Shown here: positions 60,199 through 64,000 of the stretch, piece by piece | How positions within the stretch are numbered: the first letter of the stretch is position 1 | How the letters are laid out: each line of letters opens with the position of its first letter | Virus record (IMG/VR): IMGVR_UViG_3300035498_000530 | Span: 96,001-160,000 of that record | DNA length: 64,000 nt | Direction: 5' to 3' (one strand) | Source: a virus | Taxonomy: Duplodnaviria > Caudoviricetes | Made by a program: the position numbers and the translations under genes | Notes under the pieces: model-generated | Told to the model about the DNA's origin: nothing | Database searches by the model: none | What the model saw: only the letters and a program-made list of their open reading frames with translations

Positions 60199-60918
60199 TT
60201 ATCCCATTGAAATCGGTGGTTTAATATAAGGGGCTACAGTTCTAATCAAGTTTGAATCATGAATAATAAAACTAAGTTCCCTTAATGGTATTTTCTTTTT
60301 GTAATCACTCATATTAAATGGATACTCCAGTATATATATTTGATTACCAGAAAATTTCTTATATTGAATAATGCTTAAAAAATACTTAACAAAATAAGCA
60401 TTATATAAGTCTGTATCTATTTCTTCTCTAGGTGAGATTATTGTTCTAAACAAATTTGGATACTGCTTATTTAATAGATTAACTTCTGATTCTCCTCTAC
60501 AAATAACAGTTACATTTATTCCAGATTCTGTTGTCCTATAGACTTCCATTAGTCCGCATATATCAGTAATAGGACTATTCTTCAATATAAAATCATATGC
60601 TTCGCTACTTGACATTATATCCTGAAGTAGTGAGTTAGCATCATCCTCAGTCATTTTATCCCTATCTGCTATTTCTAGTATAGGGTTTATATCTTTTCTA
60701 AATAGTGCAAAATCAAAAAGCACATTATCATTCTTTAAATTATTAAAAGTATAATTGAAAAATTTAGAACCTTTATAGTTCTTAAGTAGATATTTGTATA
60801 TACCTATATCTATATCTACCATTGCATCAAAATCTATTAAGATTTGATTGTTTGGCTTCAAAGGAGCCACTTTATTGGGATCTACACCAGGTACTTGATT
60901 CATTTTAAGCACCTCCAA
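60199..60918 (-). CDS. Hypothetical protein, possible HAD-like fold
   Basis: N-terminal ILIDFDAMVD resembles HAD motif I; later motifs are not clearly conserved. Confidence 0.35.
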   Translation of the reverse strand: MEVLKMNQVPGVDPNKVAPLKPNNQILIDFDAMVDIDIGIYKYLLKNYKGSKFFNYTFNNLKNDNVLFDFALFRKDINPILEIADRDKMTEDDANSLLQDIMSSSEAYDFILKNSPITDICGLMEVYRTTESGINVTVICRGESEVNLLNKQYPNLFRTIISPREEIDTDLYNAYFVKYFLSIIQYKKFSGNQIYILEYPFNMSDYKKKIPLRELSFIIHDSNLIRTVAPYIKPPISMG

Positions 60919-60930
60919 TCACAAAAAATA

Positions 60931-60963
60931 ATACAGCGAGCGATTATAAATAACTCGCTGTAT
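60931..60963 (-). terminator. Intrinsic terminator
   Basis: atacagcgag/ctcgctgtat stem with a minus-strand U-tract. Confidence 0.7.
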
Positions 60964-60976
60964 GTATTATGCTTAA

Positions 60977-61807
60977 TTAATCACCATAGCCATTTCCAAT
61001 ATTTGTATAACTATTGTTTGATCTACCATTATTAAACATGTTGTTGGAACGACCTGATGACTGTCTATTGCTTACACCAAGAGCTTCCTGAATTGTATCA
61101 AGCTTCTTATTGAATCTATTATCATTCCACTTCATCTGCTCAATAACAGAATATGCCATGGAATTTGTCATTGATTCTGCATAAGAATCAAGAATTTCAA
61201 TTAATTCATAAAGCTCAAGAATCTTAAAGTTTACATCATTTGCAGTTTCTGCAACAGTAAACTTTGTAGGGTCATTGTCAGTAGAACCAGTTATACCATA
61301 AAATGTATTAGGTCTTGTCTGGTATGCTGCTGAACCAATCAATGTTTTAGAACCGCTCTGGAATACTTTAATAGAAATAACCGGACTTGGTTCATTAATA
61401 TTAAAGTCAGAGCCGTCTGATATATTGATTATTGATTCTGTATTGTTTGCATGAGTACATGTAATACCAACACTTTCTGCTGAACCGTTCTCATTATAGT
61501 TCTTAACAAATTCCTTTACCATGTTAGATAAGATTCTAGCCTTTGTTGGATTAATGTATGACAATACAGTTTCCTTATCACGATATTCAATATTATTACC
61601 ATTCCTTACACAAGGAACGATATAGATTTTCAATAAGCCTTGCCAAAATGAAAATCTTAAAGCATTAGTTCCTACAGATGAATCATAATTATTCATCCTA
61701 TAGTTGCTGTAAACAACTGGGGAGTATACTTTATCTTCTCCACCTCCACCATTGTTGTTTCTAAAATTATTGTTATTATTATAATTATTATTTCCGTAAC
61801 CTACCAT
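60977..61807 (-). CDS. Hypothetical protein with Asn/Gly-rich termini (possible nucleic-acid-binding protein)
   Basis: 276 aa with AAGGAGG RBS; both promoter motifs upstream. Confidence 0.6.
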   Translation of the reverse strand: MVGYGNNNYNNNNNFRNNNGGGGEDKVYSPVVYSNYRMNNYDSSVGTNALRFSFWQGLLKIYIVPCVRNGNNIEYRDKETVLSYINPTKARILSNMVKEFVKNYNENGSAESVGITCTHANNTESIINISDGSDFNINEPSPVISIKVFQSGSKTLIGSAAYQTRPNTFYGITGSTDNDPTKFTVAETANDVNFKILELYELIEILDSYAESMTNSMAYSVIEQMKWNDNRFNKKLDTIQEALGVSNRQSSGRSNNMFNNGRSNNSYTNIGNGYGD

Positions 61808-61927
61808 TTCGAATTCCTCCTTGGATTAATTTGAGATTACTATTAAGTTGCAATATGAGTAATAACTTACTCTATTTCCTCCTTTCGATATTATAATATA
61901 TAAGCATTATCTAATATACAAAAGAGG

Positions 61928-61953
61928 CCCGTAGAGAACTGGGTCTCTACGGG
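61928..61953 (-). terminator. Intrinsic terminator
   Basis: cccgtagaga/tctctacggg stem, followed by cctctttt on the minus strand. Confidence 0.7.
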
Positions 61954-61956
61954 TTC

Positions 61957-63180
61957 TTATCTTCTACCTTCTATTATTTCTGGGTAGTTTACTACAAGTG
62001 TTCCTCTGTCACGATATGTAGCTTTTGCTGCAAGTTTATCTCTGAGAGCAAGATATTTATCATACATATTGAAGTATTTCTTCTTGCTGAATTCATCCAT
62101 CTTTTCACCCTCATTTTCAATGATTTCAGAAAGAATTGATATTCTTGTATTGATCTGTCTCATAAGCAGCATAGCTTCATCTTCATCTTCAACATTTCTC
62201 ATTCTCATAAAGAATTCATAATAGTCATTATCAAATGATTTTACACCATTATATTTAATTCCCATTATAGTTTTGCTAAGATTAGATTCAGTTATACACT
62301 TAAATTCGAGATATCCCTTTTTATATATAGTAGATTCCTGAACATTTTCATCCTGCTTATATGCATCAGGATCATCTTCTTCTACTTTCTTAAGTCTATT
62401 CATAACAGATGCCATAAGTCCTCTGTCATATTCAGAACCAGACATTCTTATAGCTTTATTAAGATGATGAATAGCTGGTATTCTATTTACACTAAGATCG
62501 GTGTAGATTCTAAGACACCATGAAAGTGTAATATAATCATTCTTAGCTGCTTTATTAAGAGTAGAATATTCAGTCTTGATCTTCTTTAATGCTGATTCAA
62601 GATCTTCACCATAACCACAAGCAAATACAAATTCATCTGCAGCTACTTCTTCATTTTCAAATATAGATGTAATCTTTCTTAAAGTATCTACAATACCAAA
62701 TTTAAGAAGCCAATCATATTCTCTTACTTTAGAAAGATTAAGACTAGTATGATTATCAATCTGATATCTATCTATAATCTTTCTAAGCTTCTTTATAGGA
62801 ACAGTATCATTTACAAGATGTCCTATCTCGTGGAGATACATAGCTAATACTTCTTTAGTTGTGAATCCGCCCATCTCTGGAGTCTTCTGGAATAACTTAG
62901 AATCAATCTCTATTCTATAATGAGATATTCTAATATCATTCTCGCCAACAATTATATCATATATTGTTTCTTTACCACCATATAACTCTGGATATACCCT
63001 CATACCAAAGAATGGTTTATCAGTATTCTTTGTATATATAATTTCTTTACAGGTACAATCTTTAAAGAATTGATTAGTTTCAGTTTTAAGTTTTGAAAGA
63101 GCCATATTCTTATTACTAGCACTTCTAAGAGCACTAAATATAGATTCAAACTTGCTAAAATCATAGTTTATTCTATGCAT
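61957..63180 (-). CDS. Putative zincin (M48-like) metalloprotease
   Basis: LAMYLHEIGH (HExxH), EVAADEF and GYGEDLESALKKI motifs. Confidence 0.7.
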   Translation of the reverse strand: MHRINYDFSKFESIFSALRSASNKNMALSKLKTETNQFFKDCTCKEIIYTKNTDKPFFGMRVYPELYGGKETIYDIIVGENDIRISHYRIEIDSKLFQKTPEMGGFTTKEVLAMYLHEIGHLVNDTVPIKKLRKIIDRYQIDNHTSLNLSKVREYDWLLKFGIVDTLRKITSIFENEEVAADEFVFACGYGEDLESALKKIKTEYSTLNKAAKNDYITLSWCLRIYTDLSVNRIPAIHHLNKAIRMSGSEYDRGLMASVMNRLKKVEEDDPDAYKQDENVQESTIYKKGYLEFKCITESNLSKTIMGIKYNGVKSFDNDYYEFFMRMRNVEDEDEAMLLMRQINTRISILSEIIENEGEKMDEFSKKKYFNMYDKYLALRDKLAAKATYRDRGTLVVNYPEIIEGRR

Positions 63181-63214
63181 TTATCTATTCTCCCTTCTTA
63201 AAAAGTTTAAGAGA

Positions 63215-63242
63215 AGCCTATAGCCTAGAAAGGCTATAGGCT
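63215..63242 (-). terminator. Terminator after the probable capsid gene
   Basis: agcctatagcct-agaa-aggctataggct. Confidence 0.75.
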
Positions 63243-63279
63243 ATATATTTAAAATTATTATTTAATAATAATCTATGTA

Positions 63280-63999
63280 TTAACCGTCAACTTCGTCATC
63301 AGCTACTACATCTTCCCAAGGTCTCTTAGGACCGCCTGTAGCAATTGCTGCTTCAACAGCTTTTCTTGTTGTTTCATCAAGGTTAGCTGTGTAGTCGTTC
63401 ATAGCTGGCTTACCAATAGGATCATCATTAACAAAGTCTTCTCTGTAGCCCATTGGGTTAAGAATTCTAAGACGACCCTGAACTGGCTGGTACTCTACAA
63501 ACTTCCAACGCTCAAATGCATGAATAGCTGGAAGAGCATAGTTAGCCATGTTTCTAATTTCATTAGAAACGTACATCTGATAATCATAGATTCTGTAGAT
63601 AATTCTCTCTGAATTTCTTGGGCAGAGGATGATTATCAAGTTGTTATCGTTTGTGAGCTTATCACTTGAGATGAACTGATATACTCTGTTGCCATCTGTT
63701 GTGATAGTTCTTGTGAAGTTAAGCTGAAGAGGTCCAATGTTGCTTGGTGAGCTATATACTGGATCTGTAGGCTTAATCTTTCTGATAAGGTCAGGACGAC
63801 CAATGATATTGATTGTCATGTTAGGATCTCTGATAACCTGAAGAAGGTAAGATACATGAGTATCAAGAGCATCCATGAATGTCTTGTATCTCCACTCTAC
63901 ATGGTCAAGAGCATAGCCTTCACGAGGTGCGAAGTCAAATGCCTTAGCGATCTTCTCTGAATCAGAAATAGTAAGGAAGCTCTCATCAAGATTTTCCTT
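63280..63999 (-). CDS. Probable major capsid protein, C-terminal part (5' end outside window)
   Basis: Frame stays open to the window edge (KENLDESF..EWRYKTFMDALD). Codon usage is distinctly C-richer, as for a highly expressed gene, and a strong hairpin follows. The sequence is reminiscent of AR9-type capsid C-termini. Confidence 0.55.
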   Translation of the reverse strand, partial: KENLDESFLTISDSEKIAKAFDFAPREGYALDHVEWRYKTFMDALDTHVSYLLQVIRDPNMTINIIGRPDLIRKIKPTDPVYSSPSNIGPLQLNFTRTITTDGNRVYQFISSDKLTNDNNLIIILCPRNSERIIYRIYDYQMYVSNEIRNMANYALPAIHAFERWKFVEYQPVQGRLRILNPMGYREDFVNDDPIGKPAMNDYTANLDETTRKAVEAAIATGGPKRPWEDVVADDEVDG

Positions 64000-64000
64000 A

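Noticed and set aside
60199-60918. dTMP phosphatase of the uracil-DNA pathway
   Set aside because: Only a partial HAD motif I is visible, which is not enough to assign an activity.
61860-61886. Strong AAAGGAGG on the minus strand suggesting a hidden small gene
   Set aside because: No ATG/GTG/TTG at a usable distance downstream.
1-64000. Stop-codon reassignment (alternative genetic code)
   Set aside because: Genes are long and intact under code 11, and TAA, TGA and TAG all occur as apparent true stops.
1-64000. tRNA/rRNA genes, introns, inteins, nucleus-shell or tubulin genes
   Set aside because: None recognisable by eye; intergenic gaps are short and explained by promoters and terminators. 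A tRNAscan/Infernal/HMM run would be needed to exclude them formally.

Overview
This is a 64 kb, AT-rich (roughly 30% GC by eye), densely coding segment of a jumbo myophage of the phiKZ-related AR9/PBS1 type. The host is probably a Firmicute, judging by the strong AAGGAGG ribosome-binding sites, SH3b domains and Gram-positive-type wall hydrolases. It carries a >6,300-aa tape-measure-like protein with five C-terminal peptidoglycan-hydrolase domains, baseplate/tail genes, RusA, four paralogous internal head proteins, dCTP deaminase, a beta'-like subunit of a phage multisubunit RNA polymerase, DnaG-type primase, a GroEL-like chaperonin and the 3' end of the probable major capsid gene. The most notable signals lie outside the ORF list. 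(1) Two phage promoter classes can be read from the intergenic DNA: AAC(A/T)-N6-TA (19 copies, matching the AR9 late consensus) and WAYATATTATAW (early-like). Together with dcd and a candidate gp226-like specificity subunit, they hint at a uracil-DNA, self-transcribing phage. (2) An apparently catalytically dead dCTP-deaminase paralog is coupled to dcd. (3) A T7-gene-10-type G GTT TTC -1 frameshift site links a tail-chaperone-like gene to an unannotated downstream frame. (4) A perfect 57-bp duplicated RBS plus N-terminus gives two head proteins the same 10-residue leader. (5) A zinc-finger/nuclease/permuted-papain fusion protein sits under a late promoter. All functional calls come from motif recognition and recalled synteny; no database search was run.
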